A program made the translations under genes and the position numbers. The notes beneath the pieces are model-generated. The model searched no databases, was not told the origin of the DNA, and worked only from the letters and a program-made list of their open reading frames with translations. A DNA stretch of 64,000 bases from an uncultured Verrucomicrobiota bacterium (lineage in GTDB: Bacteria; Verrucomicrobiota; Kiritimatiellia; PWTM01): contig CAZSUU010000011.1 in assembly GCA_964610105.1 (NCBI GenBank), positions 21,394-85,393 on the forward strand. The letters run 5' to 3'. Below, piece by piece: positions 21,158-31,158 of the stretch (position 1 is the stretch's first letter; each line of letters begins with the position of its first letter).

Positions 21158-22240
21158 TCACGCGGCGCCGTCTGGAGAAGGCGGGCGGGATGGCGGAGGG
21201 CGGAGCAGGTTGCGGCGCGTGAGGAAACCGGCGATGACCTCGCCGCGCACGACGGGAAACACATACTGCTTCCGGCGCAGGATGTGGGGAAACATCTTCT
21301 CCGCGGGTGTCTCCGGCGCGACGCCGATCCATTCACGCACCAACTCGCCGCCCACCGTATCGGACGCGCGCCACCGCCGGGGCGGCCAGCGCCGGGCGCG
21401 CGGCCACAGGCCGATCATCCGATCGCCGTCGAACACCGGCAACTGCCCGCTGCGCCGGGCGCGCAGTTTCGCCGCCGCCTCGCGCGCGGGCTCGGACGGG
21501 GCCAGACGGGGCAGGTCCATCTCCAGCCATTCCTCGGCGAGGTGACCGCGCAGGCGGTGGAGGATGCGGATGCGCACGGCTTCCCAGCGGCCGGCGACGA
21601 TCAACAGGAGGGCCAGAAGCCCCATGAAGGGATTCGAAAGCCGGATGGCGAGCCCCACGAGTCCGACCGCCCCGGCGAAACCGAGCCAGGCGGCGATGGC
21701 CGTGGCCCGGGGGTAGGGCCACCGGATGGCCAGCAGGGCGCGGATCACACGGCCGCCATCCATCGGGAAGAAGGGGAGCAGGTTGAATCCGGCCAGTCCC
21801 AGGTTCGCCCAGGCGAGCATGTCCGCGAGCCAGCCGGCAGACGGGGAAGCGGTCGCCAGGATCTCCACTCCGGCGAATCCTCCCCGGCAGGCGGCGATCG
21901 CTCCGGCCAGTACGACGCTCGTGGCCGGACCGGCGAGGGCGATGAGGATTTCGTCGCGCGGCCGTTCGGGCAGGTGCGACATGAGGGCGACGCCTCCGAC
22001 CGGAAGCAGGGTGATCCCCCTCACCGTGATGCCGAACCGGCGGGCGACGAGGCTGTGCCCGATCTCGTGCAGCAGCACGCAGGCAAAGAAGACCAGGGTC
22101 AGCACGGCGGCGCCCATGCCCCAGGCGGTTCCTCCTTCGCGCCAGCCCTGCCAGAACGCCCAGGCCGGCACGAGCAGAAAGGCGGCGTGAAGGCGGATCT
22201 CGATGCCGGCCAGGCGGCCGACTCGCGCGGAGGTCTTCAT
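21158..22240 (-). CDS. M50 site-2 protease family zinc metalloprotease with C-terminal CBS pair
   Basis: HEIGHSLVA (HExxH in a TM helix), LDGG (FFPMDGGRV), CBS-like C-terminus; start MKTSARVG (residue 92 of ORF 21158..22513) overlaps upstream gene stop. Confidence 0.7.
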   Translation of the reverse strand: MKTSARVGRLAGIEIRLHAAFLLVPAWAFWQGWREGGTAWGMGAAVLTLVFFACVLLHEIGHSLVARRFGITVRGITLLPVGGVALMSHLPERPRDEILIALAGPATSVVLAGAIAACRGGFAGVEILATASPSAGWLADMLAWANLGLAGFNLLPFFPMDGGRVIRALLAIRWPYPRATAIAAWLGFAGAVGLVGLAIRLSNPFMGLLALLLIVAGRWEAVRIRILHRLRGHLAEEWLEMDLPRLAPSEPAREAAAKLRARRSGQLPVFDGDRMIGLWPRARRWPPRRWRASDTVGGELVREWIGVAPETPAEKMFPHILRRKQYVFPVVRGEVIAGFLTRRNLLRPPPSRPPSPDGAA

Positions 22241-23493
22241 GCGGCCTGCGCGACCGGCGTTTCCGGCGGCGTCCGGTGGAGGGCCACCGAGAATCCCAGC
22301 AGCGCGGCGTAGAGCATGAGAATCAGGCCGGTGCCGAAGTTGTACTCCACGGCGCCGTTGAGCAGGAGCCCGCAGAACGCGCCCAGGGTGCCCAGGGCCA
22401 GCGCGGAGGAGGGAGGGCCTCGCGCGGCGGGGGTGAAATGGCGGCGGGCCGCCCGCGCGAGAAGCGCCAGGGCCTGGGTCATCCACGCCAGCCAGACCGC
22501 GCCGCCGGCCCATCCGAGCTCAATGGTGACCTGGAGCAGGTTGTTGTGCAGGTGGTTCAGCTTCGGTTCCGCGTCGCGGACGAAGCGCCGGATGTCGCGA
22601 TTCACCATCGCGGCGGGCCCCATGCCGAGGGGGCATTTGCGCAGGTAGAACGGCGCCGTCTTCATCCAGAGCTCCACGCGGCCGCCGGGTCCGAAAGCAT
22701 CGGCCCGGCTGCGCTGCAGGCGTTCGCGGACCCAGGGGACGGGCAGGGCGGCGGCGGCGCACAGGGCGAGGACGGCCAGGGGACGCCACCGCCGCCCGGA
22801 GAGCGCCATGACGCACACGGCACCCGCGAATGCGAGCCAGACGCCGCGTTTGAAATGGAGAACGAGGCCCAGGCCGTTGAGGGCCAGCAACGCCCACCGC
22901 CACCGGGGGTGACGCTCGGCGAGGTCGCTGCGGAAGCCGGCGATCAGGTAGCACAGCGAGGCCATGTAGAACTGGGGCGTCCGCATGTCGCCCTGCGAAA
23001 AGAGCCAGAACACAGGCTCTTCGCCGGGCGGAACATGGAGGAGGGACATGGGGATGTGCGCCATGTCGTAGAACGAGCGGACCGTGGTGCCGGCGATGAG
23101 GCCGAGGGCCATGCGGATGGGAAGAGCCAGCGGTCGGCCCCGCGGCTGCAGAAGGGGATCGGGGACAGCGAAGACGAGCAGAAACAGCAGCAGGCGGTGC
23201 AGCTTCGGCACGCTGATCTCCGGCCTCCAACCGAACGACGCCGCGATCGTGGAAACCACGAAGAAGGCCAGAATCGCGGGGAGGTAGGGATTCATCCGCG
23301 GTCGCGACCGCCGGTCCTGCCGCGTCCGCCATCGAGCCCATACCCACACCGCGAGCGCCGCGAAGCCGCAGGTCTGGGCGAAGGCGATAGACAGCGGCAG
23401 CGCGAAGGCGAAGACCACGAGCAGGAAAGCGGCAAACGCCGCCGCTCCGCTCTGCACAGGCTCCGAGCCGTCCGCTACGTGTTCCGCCGTCAT
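22237..23493 (-). CDS. O-antigen ligase/polymerase (Wzy_C) family membrane protein
   Basis: Polytopic membrane protein; motif HNNLLQVTIELGWAGG typical of the O-antigen ligase domain. Confidence 0.65.
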   Translation of the reverse strand: MTAEHVADGSEPVQSGAAAFAAFLLVVFAFALPLSIAFAQTCGFAALAVWVWARWRTRQDRRSRPRMNPYLPAILAFFVVSTIAASFGWRPEISVPKLHRLLLFLLVFAVPDPLLQPRGRPLALPIRMALGLIAGTTVRSFYDMAHIPMSLLHVPPGEEPVFWLFSQGDMRTPQFYMASLCYLIAGFRSDLAERHPRWRWALLALNGLGLVLHFKRGVWLAFAGAVCVMALSGRRWRPLAVLALCAAAALPVPWVRERLQRSRADAFGPGGRVELWMKTAPFYLRKCPLGMGPAAMVNRDIRRFVRDAEPKLNHLHNNLLQVTIELGWAGGAVWLAWMTQALALLARAARRHFTPAARGPPSSALALGTLGAFCGLLLNGAVEYNFGTGLILMLYAALLGFSVALHRTPPETPVAQAA

Positions 23494-23549
23494 GGCCGCC
23501 GCATCGTATCACGCGGGCGGCCGGATGCAATCGCCGCCAACTCATACCC

Positions 23550-23726
23550 AAGGCGGCGAGCGGCAACCGAAAGGCCTTGGCCGTTCAAGGCACTCCCCTC
23601 CATGCCCTCCGTTCCTCCGTGCAACCGCGCCGCTTTCGGGGGTTGTTCGGCCGCCCTTCGCAACGGCGAACCCTCACGAGGAACATCATACGCATCTGGG
23701 TGTCATGTCGCGGCGGGACAATCTGA
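23550..23726 (+). repeat. copy B of the ~175-bp repeat family (degenerate hairpins)
   Basis: ~85% identical to copy A; inner hairpin degraded (catacgcatctgggtgtcatg). Confidence 0.75.
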
Positions 23727-24026
23727 TGGCCGGATCGAAGGTCCGCGCCGGGGACCGATGCGCACCCCGGTGCCACGACGCCGGATCTCGCAGCGGCGAC
23801 GTGGGACTCGATCTCGCGGACTCCACGGAACGAGCCGCGAGGTGCGTGTCGACGCCGGGCATCGGTGGTACAAGGAAACGAAGCACTGGCCAGGACCGGC
23901 GCTGGCCAGTATGCAGTCGAAGGTCAATGGCATGAACAAGATCGTCCGGACATGGCGATGGCTGGCCTTGGCGGCCGGTCTCGAGGGCGCGGATCCCGAT
24001 CCTCAACAGGGCGGCGTGTGGACCGC

Positions 24027-24404
24027 GAATGCGCCTTCAGCGTGAAGGACGACGGCAGGTGGGAGGTGAGACGCGGCTATTGGTTCTACAAGCAGGTGAC
24101 GCGCGCGGGACAGCCGGGGATGGCGGTGGCCCGCGCGAGCGCAATGGACTCGGAGATCGCCGTCCTCGCCTTCGCGCGCAACGGCACGCGGCATCCCGAT
24201 GCCTTCGTGCTCGCCAACCTCGGAAAGGACCGGAAGGTGCGGGTGCAGGTTCGGGGCGCGGCCGCGACGGCCTTCGCCGCCTTCCGCACGACCGAGGACG
24301 GGCGGGAGAAGTACGCCTCGGTCGGGAGATTCGACGTGCGGGACGGGGCCATCCTATGCCCCGCGGCGGGCGGGTCGGCGACCACGTTCCTGGCGGCGGA
24401 GTAA
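24027..24404 (+). pseudogene. C-terminal beta-sandwich remnant of a glycoside hydrolase (GH30-like C-terminal domain)
   Basis: ECAFSVKDDGRWEVRRGYWFYKQ...IAVLAFARNG...DAFVLANLG...TTFLAAE resembles a glycoside-hydrolase C-terminal beta-sandwich; no catalytic domain upstream, and the upstream reading frame is non-protein-like and abuts repeat copy B. Confidence 0.4.
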
Positions 24405-24407
24405 ACC

Positions 24408-25817
24408 ATGCGGATCGCGCATCGCAGCTTGTGGGCCGCGTTTCTGCCCGTCGCGTTTGTGGCGGCGGAGCGGCCGAACCTCATCCTGGTCACCGCCGAC
24501 GACATGGGGTTCCAGCTCGGCTGCTACGGGGACGCAGTGATGACGACGCCAAACATGGACCGGCTCGCGCGCGAGGGGCTCCGTTTCACTCGCGGCTACA
24601 TCACCCAGGCGTCGTGCAGCCCGTCGAGGAGCAGCATGCTCACGGGGCTCTACCCGCACCAGAACGGTCAGATCGGCCTGGCGCACCTGGGCTACTCGAT
24701 GCGACCGGACGTGCCGACGCTGCCCACCTTGCTGAAGAAAGCCGGCTACCGCACCGGCATCATCGGCAAGCTGCACGTGGCGCCGGAGAGCGCGTTTGAC
24801 TTCGACTACAAGGAAACCAACACGGCGGACACGCGCGACATGGCGAAGATTCGGGCGAAATGCGGGGCTTTCCTCGGCGGCGACGCGGCGAGACCGTACT
24901 TCCTCATGCTGAATTTCTTCGATCCCCACGACCCGCACATCCAGGACATCAACGGCAGCCCGAAGGCGAAGGTCGTCCCGGAGCAGGCGAAGGTCTATCC
25001 GTTCATGGGCACCAACTCGCCGGCGATCCGGCAACGGGTGGCGGAGTTCGCCACCTGTGTCAACCGCGTGGACGAGGGGGTGGGGGTGCTCCTGGACGTC
25101 CTGCGCGAGCGCGGTCTGCACACCAACACGGTCATCGTCGTGCTGGGCGACAACGGTCCGCCATTGCAGCGCGCGAAGGTGACCTCGTTCGAGCCGGGGG
25201 TAAACGTGCCGTTCATCGCCTGGGCGCCCGGCCGGATCGCGCCCCGCGTGGGCGACGAGATGGTGTGCTCCATCGACCTGCTGCCGACCTTCCTGGAACT
25301 GGCGGGCGCGGCGCCGCCGCCCGGTCTGCCCGGCCGCTCGCTGCTGTCACTATTCCGCGGCGCGCCGCCGCAGTGGCGAGAGTACCTGGCGACGGAGTAC
25401 ACGACCCACGAGCCCCGCAACCTGAATCCGCAGCGGAGCATTCGCGACAAGCACTACAAGCTCACCCTCACGCTACTCAAGGATCCCGCCTTCCAGTGGC
25501 CCGCGGGCATCGCGATCGCGGAGTACCGCAGGATCCAGCGCCGGGCCGCGACGGGCGAGTACATCGAGCTCTATGACGTGCGGACCGATCCGTATGAGTT
25601 CAGGAATCTCGCCGGCGCGCCGGAACACAAGGACGCGCAGGAACGTTTGCTTCGTGAGTTGAAACGATGGCGGGAGGAGACCCGCGATCCGCTGCTCGAC
25701 CCCGCCGCGCTGCAGGCGATGGTGCTGAAGGAGAAGGACGCCCCGCCCACGCCCGTGCCGGCGTGGAAGAGGGCGCGGGCGGCGGAGGCCGGGCGTGCGA
25801 AGGAGGCGGCAAAATGA
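24408..25817 (+). CDS. sulfatase (formylglycine-dependent arylsulfatase family)
   Basis: CSPSRSSMLTG (C-x-P-x-R), signal peptide, LILVTADDMG, GKLHV. Confidence 0.85.
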   Translation: MRIAHRSLWAAFLPVAFVAAERPNLILVTADDMGFQLGCYGDAVMTTPNMDRLAREGLRFTRGYITQASCSPSRSSMLTGLYPHQNGQIGLAHLGYSMRPDVPTLPTLLKKAGYRTGIIGKLHVAPESAFDFDYKETNTADTRDMAKIRAKCGAFLGGDAARPYFLMLNFFDPHDPHIQDINGSPKAKVVPEQAKVYPFMGTNSPAIRQRVAEFATCVNRVDEGVGVLLDVLRERGLHTNTVIVVLGDNGPPLQRAKVTSFEPGVNVPFIAWAPGRIAPRVGDEMVCSIDLLPTFLELAGAAPPPGLPGRSLLSLFRGAPPQWREYLATEYTTHEPRNLNPQRSIRDKHYKLTLTLLKDPAFQWPAGIAIAEYRRIQRRAATGEYIELYDVRTDPYEFRNLAGAPEHKDAQERLLRELKRWREETRDPLLDPAALQAMVLKEKDAPPTPVPAWKRARAAEAGRAKEAAK

Positions 25818-26300
25818 CACCTCCCGCGCTCGGATGCGCCGTCGGAGCAACGCTCGCATGGGCCGCCGCGCACGCCGTACGAGGAAAGCTGCGGCGTGCC
25901 GCTGCTTATCGCCGCGCCCGGCAAGGCCCACGGGACCGGCTGCCGGCGCGTCGTGGAATACGTGGACTTCTATCCGACGCTGGTGGATCTCTGCGGCCTG
26001 CCCGTGCGCGGCGACCTGGAAGGCCGCAGTCTGCGCCCGCTGATCGAGGATCTCGCCGCACCCTGGGACCATGCCGCGTTCAGCATCAACGCCCGCCATG
26101 ACCAGCCCGTCAATCTCGCCGTCAGCACCGACCGGTTCCGCTACATCGAATACGCCGACGCGAACAAGCCCGCCGAGTTGTATGACATCCAAGCCGACCC
26201 GCGCGAGTGGACGAATCTCGCCGGCGAAGCCAGGCATGCCGAGGCGCTGGCGGCGATGCGAAAGCTGGCGGCGGAACACCGACGGGAGTTCTGGAGGTAG
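25818..26300 (+). pseudogene. C-terminal fragment of a second sulfatase, in frame directly after the upstream sulfatase stop
   Basis: TPYEESCGVPLLIAAPGK...DFYPTLVDLCGLP...DPREWTNLA are sulfatase C-terminal motifs; no N-terminal/catalytic part. Confidence 0.55.
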
Positions 26301-26349
26301 GCCAGCAGCGCGCGGATGACAGGCCGCCCCTTCTCCACGCCCAGTCGAC

Positions 26350-26449
26350 CCCGGCGGTGGACGGCGCGCCGCGCTGGGAGATCCTCCCGACCACCGGCGG
26401 CTGGACCCTGCTGCGGGACGGCCGGCCGTTGTGCATGCACGGCGCGCGC
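26350..26449 (+). pseudogene. duplicated 5' fragment (~100 bp, ~85% id) of the M14-like gene at 28088-28188
   Basis: Encodes GAPRWEILPTTGGWTLLRDGRPLCMHGA vs GAPRWEINSTADGWRLLRDGTPSCIHGA; similarity ends exactly at the 3' end of the minus-strand ATPase gene. Confidence 0.5.
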
Positions 26450-26451
26450 GA

Positions 26452-27675
26452 TCAATCCAGCCATGTCCAGCCGGGGATGATGCGGACGGACCGGCCCTGC
26501 TCGACAAGTGTGTCGTCCTGGTCGAGAGTGATGACCCGCATCTCGCGGGCCTTGCCCTTCGCCGCACCGGGAAGCGCGGCGGCTTGCAGAAGGCCGCGCA
26601 GCTCCCGCCCGCGGTTCTCAGGCGTGAGGCGCGCGCAGCATTGGATGGCATGGGTGGCCGTGACGAAGTCGCACTCCCATTCGTGAGGCGCGGCGGCGAA
26701 GGCCGGGGCCGCTCCGGCGCGGCACAGGGCGAGCAGCACGGCGTTCTCCAGCGTGCGACCGAGGTCGGGGGTCGGGTTGGGGCTGTTGGCGGCGGCGAGG
26801 CCGGTGTCCACCGCGTAGTACTTGGGCGGGCTGGTGACACGCTGCTTGAACGATGCGCTGAACCGCGGCACCGCCAGCATCAGCCACGCATCCTGCAGAT
26901 ACCCGACCATGCGCCCGGTCTGTGCGACGGAGGGCAGGCCGAGACCCTTGGACAACGCCTGCAAGGACAGCGGCTGCCCCGTATGGGCGAGCAAGTGAAG
27001 CGCGAGGGTCATGAGCGGCCTCGCGGTGCGCAGGGAGTGCCGGGTCACGATGTCGCGGTGCACCACGTCCCTCAGCAACTCGCGCAGGAGCGTGCCGCCT
27101 TGCTGCGGGCCGGCGCGCAACGCGGCGGCGAATCCGCCCCGCATCAGATAATCCTCCAGCGCGGCGGCGCCCGCCTTCCGTCCGGTGAACTCGAGATACT
27201 CCTGAAACGAGAACGGATAGACCACGTGCGAGAGGTGGCGGCCCGTGAGTTTCGGTCCCATCTCCCGGCCGAGCAGGCTGGCGTTGGAGCCGGTGAGACA
27301 AACGCGGCGCCCGGCATCGAGCAGCGCGCGCACGAGCCGCTGCCATTCCGGCACTTCCTGCACTTCGTCGAGATACACCGCCGCCTTGGGGTGCCTGGCG
27401 TCCAGCACCGAGAGAAGCGTGGGGAAGTCCTCGGGCCCCATGCCGTAGAGGCGTGTGTCCTCGAGGTTGATGGTGACCGACGCGCCCTGGAGGCCGCGCC
27501 GCACCTGTCCTTGAAGGGTGCTCTTGCCGCAATGACGGACGCCCGCGAGCGCCAGCGCGTGCGAGGCCATCGCCGGTTTCCAACCGGGTTGGAAATGCCG
27601 GATCACCTCGTCCTCCACGCCGGGGGGTTCCGCGGGGTTGGACAGGACGATTTCCAGTGTTTCACGTAATAGCAT
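26452..27675 (-). CDS. AAA+ ATPase (AAA_14/DUF4143-type)
   Basis: P-loop GVRHCGKSTL, Walker-B VYLDEVQ, C-terminal DUF4143-like region. Confidence 0.7.
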   Translation of the reverse strand: MLLRETLEIVLSNPAEPPGVEDEVIRHFQPGWKPAMASHALALAGVRHCGKSTLQGQVRRGLQGASVTINLEDTRLYGMGPEDFPTLLSVLDARHPKAAVYLDEVQEVPEWQRLVRALLDAGRRVCLTGSNASLLGREMGPKLTGRHLSHVVYPFSFQEYLEFTGRKAGAAALEDYLMRGGFAAALRAGPQQGGTLLRELLRDVVHRDIVTRHSLRTARPLMTLALHLLAHTGQPLSLQALSKGLGLPSVAQTGRMVGYLQDAWLMLAVPRFSASFKQRVTSPPKYYAVDTGLAAANSPNPTPDLGRTLENAVLLALCRAGAAPAFAAAPHEWECDFVTATHAIQCCARLTPENRGRELRGLLQAAALPGAAKGKAREMRVITLDQDDTLVEQGRSVRIIPGWTWLD

Positions 27676-27689
27676 GCCGTTGTGCTATC
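27676..27689 (+). promoter_or_regulatory. 14-bp motif gccgttgtgctatc shared with 17677-17690 (candidate promoter element)
   Basis: 13/14 identity with gccattgtgctatc upstream of the sigma-factor gene; both lie in local low-GC intergenic DNA. Confidence 0.25.
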
Positions 27690-28040
27690 TCATGAAACAG
27701 CCGTGTGCAACTGTAGTGAACAGAAGTTTGACCCACGGTGGCCGGGCACGGAGTGCTCGCTGTCGGCGCGAGTCATGGTCGACGGGTTCCCGGGCGACCG
27801 CCGGTCGTGGGTGGGGCGCGGCGGATGGCGTCGCATCCACGGAAGCGCGTATTGCGGCGGGGGCCGTGGTGGGGCAGGATACCGGGCATGAGCCGACCGT
27901 TGCGATTGCCGGCGAAGGGCGGGCGGGATCACGGGACCGCCCGGGGAACGGGTGGAGGGCGCGCGGGCGCCGGGATGGAAGCTGCGTGCGCTTCACGGAG
28001 TGGTCGAGGCCTTTCGGCCTCCGCGTTCTGGAGACGGACC

Positions 28041-29657
28041 ATGATGCGCCCGTTTGAAGTGCTGACGATCCTCCTCGCCCTGGCGGCCCCGGCGGTCCAG
28101 GGCGCGCCGCGCTGGGAGATCAACTCGACCGCGGATGGCTGGCGACTGCTTCGCGACGGCACGCCTTCCTGCATCCACGGCGCGCACATCCCGTGGTACG
28201 AACGGCTCGACGCCCTCGGGCTCCGGACGGGGAACGACGACGCGGCCTTCCGGCCCGGCGCGACCGGCGCCCGCGTCTTCATGCGGTTCTTCGAGGTCGA
28301 GGGCGAGCCGGTCATCGACGACAATGGCACGCCGTCCGGCACGCCCGCCCGGCACGGCTTTTCGACGAACCACCGGTGCGACGACGTCCTGCGCGGCGTC
28401 GTCTGCACGCCCCCGCGCATCGCGATCCCGCCGACCTGCGAAGGCTATCCGGACGTCGACACGTATCGCGACCTGGAGTGCTGCCTGCTGGCCGGGGAAC
28501 CGGACGTCCGCCTCGACGCGGACTTCCCGGGCGGCAACGTGCGGGTGGTCGAGCGTGCGGGCGATACGTTCGTCGTGGCGCCGGACCTTCGCGACACGAA
28601 GGGCTGGTGGTTCCATTTCAACTTCCGCCTGTGCGCCCCGCCGGGGCGGACGGCGACGGTGGTCTTCGCCGAGCGGAATCCGATCGGTGCGCGCGGACCG
28701 GCGGCGAGCATAGACGGCGGGCGCACCTGGACGTGGATGGGCCGCGAAGCGGTGAGGAAGGGCGCGCGCGGCGGCAAGCCGGCGTGGTCGTTCGCGGCGG
28801 CGGTGCCGGAGGGCGCCGCGGAGGCGCGGTTCGCCTTCGCGCCGGTCTACCTGGAGACGCACTTCCGCGAATGGCTCGATGCCCACCGGACGAACGCCGC
28901 CCTGCGCGTGACCGAGCTCTGCCGCAGCCGCGGGGGCCGCCCGGTGGAACGGGTGAGGGCCGGGCGCCTGGACGGGGGGGCGAGGGGCAAGGTGCTGTTG
29001 ACCGCCCGGCACCACGCGTGCGAGTCGATGGCCAGTTACGCGCTGGAGGGATTCCTCGACGCCGTGCTCGCGGACGACGAAACGGGGCGGCGCTGGCGCG
29101 AGCGATGGGAGGTCGTCGCCATGCCCTTCGCCGACAAGGACGGCGTGGAGGCGGGCGACCAGGGCAAGAACCGCGATCCCCACGACCACAACCGCGACTA
29201 CAACGCGACGCCGCTCTACCCGGAGATCGCCGCCTGGATGAAGCTCGGCGAATCGGCGAAGGATACCGTGGTGTTCAGCCTCGACCTGCATTGCCCTTAC
29301 ATCGACGGGAAGTGGAACGATCGCGTGTACATCGTCGGATCGGAGAGACCGGACCATGCCGCGGAAGAGAAGGCCTTCGCGGCCGTGCTCGAGCGCGAGC
29401 GACGCGGGCCGCTGCCGTTCCGCGCGGCCGAATGCTATCTGCCGGCGGGCGAGGCGTGGAACAAGCCCGGGAACTACGCGGCGGGCCGTTCGAACGGAGC
29501 GTGGGCGAGGGACACGTTCTCCGGCGCGCGCCTCGCGGGCGCGATGGAGATCGCCTATGCCGACGCCCAGGGCGTGGAGGTGAACGCGGCGTCCGCGCGC
29601 GCGTTGGGCCGCGACCTCGCGTCCGCCGCGCTGGCGTACCTGGGGGATTCGCCATGA
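28041..29657 (+). CDS. secreted M14-like zinc carboxypeptidase family protein (putative)
   Basis: Signal peptide MMRPFEVLTILLALAAPAVQG; HxxE (ARHHACESM) and downstream His (SLDLHCPY) spaced as in M14 peptidases; DHNRDYN. Confidence 0.5.
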   Translation: MMRPFEVLTILLALAAPAVQGAPRWEINSTADGWRLLRDGTPSCIHGAHIPWYERLDALGLRTGNDDAAFRPGATGARVFMRFFEVEGEPVIDDNGTPSGTPARHGFSTNHRCDDVLRGVVCTPPRIAIPPTCEGYPDVDTYRDLECCLLAGEPDVRLDADFPGGNVRVVERAGDTFVVAPDLRDTKGWWFHFNFRLCAPPGRTATVVFAERNPIGARGPAASIDGGRTWTWMGREAVRKGARGGKPAWSFAAAVPEGAAEARFAFAPVYLETHFREWLDAHRTNAALRVTELCRSRGGRPVERVRAGRLDGGARGKVLLTARHHACESMASYALEGFLDAVLADDETGRRWRERWEVVAMPFADKDGVEAGDQGKNRDPHDHNRDYNATPLYPEIAAWMKLGESAKDTVVFSLDLHCPYIDGKWNDRVYIVGSERPDHAAEEKAFAAVLERERRGPLPFRAAECYLPAGEAWNKPGNYAAGRSNGAWARDTFSGARLAGAMEIAYADAQGVEVNAASARALGRDLASAALAYLGDSP

Positions 29658-29811
29658 ACGACCCGTTCGCATGCGGCGGCTACCATACCGAGGCCGCTGC
29701 CAGGCCCTTCCGCGCCGGGGTCGGCGCGGCCCCATCGGAACGACGCTGGAGCATGGGGACGCGGCGCCCTCACCGCGTTCCGAGGCGTAACGACATGAGA
29801 AGGAGTCCCCG

Positions 29812-31158
29812 ATGATGAACGCCCTGACCCGCCGGTCTTTCCTCCGGCGCTCGACGCTGGTCACCCTGTTCGCAACCGGCGCGGCGCGCAGCCGCGCCGC
29901 GGAGGCCGACCGCGACGACGAGATCCTGGCGCAATGCCCGTCTCGCATCCGCGAGCACCGCATGGGCGACGGAGTGATCTCGGTCAAGACCGCGGACGGG
30001 AAACCGGTTGCCGGCGCGCGCGTGCGGCTGGCGCAGACCCGGCACGAGTTCCTGTTCGGGTGCAACTTCTTCAACTTCGGCAAGCTCGACGACGCCCGAC
30101 TGCAGGAGGCGTACAACGAGCGTTTCGCGGCCTTGCTGAACTTCGCGACGCTGCCGTTCTACTGGCCGATGTACGAACGGGCGCGCCGACAGCCGGCCTA
30201 TGAGGATTCACAGAAAGCCGCCGAGTGGTGCAAAGGCCGCGGGATCGCCTGCAAGGGCCACCCGTTGGTGTGGGATTTCGCCGATCCCCCGTGGTTGCCG
30301 CGCGAATTCGAGGAGATCCGGCGCCTTTCCCACGCGCGGGTCAAGGACTGCATCACCCGTTTCGGCGGGCTGATCGACCGGTGGGACGTGGTGAACGAAC
30401 CGACGCATCTGGGGCGGTTCGGCACGCGGATGGGGGAGTGGGCGCAGTCGCTCGGCCCCGTGCCCTACGTGCGCCAGCATCTCGACACCGCGCGGGCGGC
30501 CGGTCCCAAGGCCACGCTGCTCGTCAACGACTATCGCGTCGATCCGCCCTTCTACCGTATCCTCGACCAGCTCCGCGACGGCGACCGGCTGCTTTTCGAC
30601 GTCGTCGGCATCCAGAGCCACATGCACCGGGATGTCTGGCCGATGGTGAGGGTGTGGAAGGTCTGCGACGAGTACGCGCGGCTGGGGAAGCCCATCCACT
30701 TCACCGAAACCACCGTCGTGAGCGGTCCCTTCCTCGGGCGCGACGAGACGAGGGCGGGGCGGGGCGGCGACAACGAACGATGGGGCGAGACCACTCCGGA
30801 GCTCGAGGACAAACAGGCGGAGCAGGTGGTCCGCTTCTACACCGCGCTCTTCGCGCATCCCGCGGTGGAGGCGATCACCTGGTGGGACTTCTCCGATGCG
30901 CGCGCGTGGAAGCGGGCCGCGGCGGGCCTGGTCCGCAAGGATATGTCGCCCAAGCCGGTCTACGAGCGACTGATGGCTCTCGTCAAGAAGGAGTGGTGGT
31001 CGACGTTCGAGGGGATCACCGACGAGCGGGGGCAGCTTCGCGCGCGGCTCTTCCATGGCGAGTACGAGGCGGCGATCGCGTTGCCCGACGGGTCCGCGTC
31101 GCGGAAGACCTTCGCGTGGCCCCGCCGCGCCGAGCGAAACCCCGTGGTGGTCGTGTGA
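29812..31158 (+). CDS. TAT-secreted GH10-like (clan GH-A) glycoside hydrolase
   Basis: TRRSFLRRS TAT motif; WDVVNEPTHL (acid/base) and IHFTETTV (nucleophile-like) in GH10-like spacing. Confidence 0.55.
   Translation: MMNALTRRSFLRRSTLVTLFATGAARSRAAEADRDDEILAQCPSRIREHRMGDGVISVKTADGKPVAGARVRLAQTRHEFLFGCNFFNFGKLDDARLQEAYNERFAALLNFATLPFYWPMYERARRQPAYEDSQKAAEWCKGRGIACKGHPLVWDFADPPWLPREFEEIRRLSHARVKDCITRFGGLIDRWDVVNEPTHLGRFGTRMGEWAQSLGPVPYVRQHLDTARAAGPKATLLVNDYRVDPPFYRILDQLRDGDRLLFDVVGIQSHMHRDVWPMVRVWKVCDEYARLGKPIHFTETTVVSGPFLGRDETRAGRGGDNERWGETTPELEDKQAEQVVRFYTALFAHPAVEAITWWDFSDARAWKRAAAGLVRKDMSPKPVYERLMALVKKEWWSTFEGITDERGQLRARLFHGEYEAAIALPDGSASRKTFAWPRRAERNPVVVV

Noticed and set aside
22276-24045. 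589-aa plus-strand ORF spanning the ligase gene antisense, repeat B and beyond.
   Set aside because: It is an antisense/low-complexity translation; no domains.
26452-28040. AAA ATPase segment as a transposon insertion with target-site duplication.
   Set aside because: The flanking similarity is ~100 bp at only ~85% identity, far longer and more diverged than a TSD. No transposase or terminal inverted repeats were seen; a tandem duplication and deletion history fits better.
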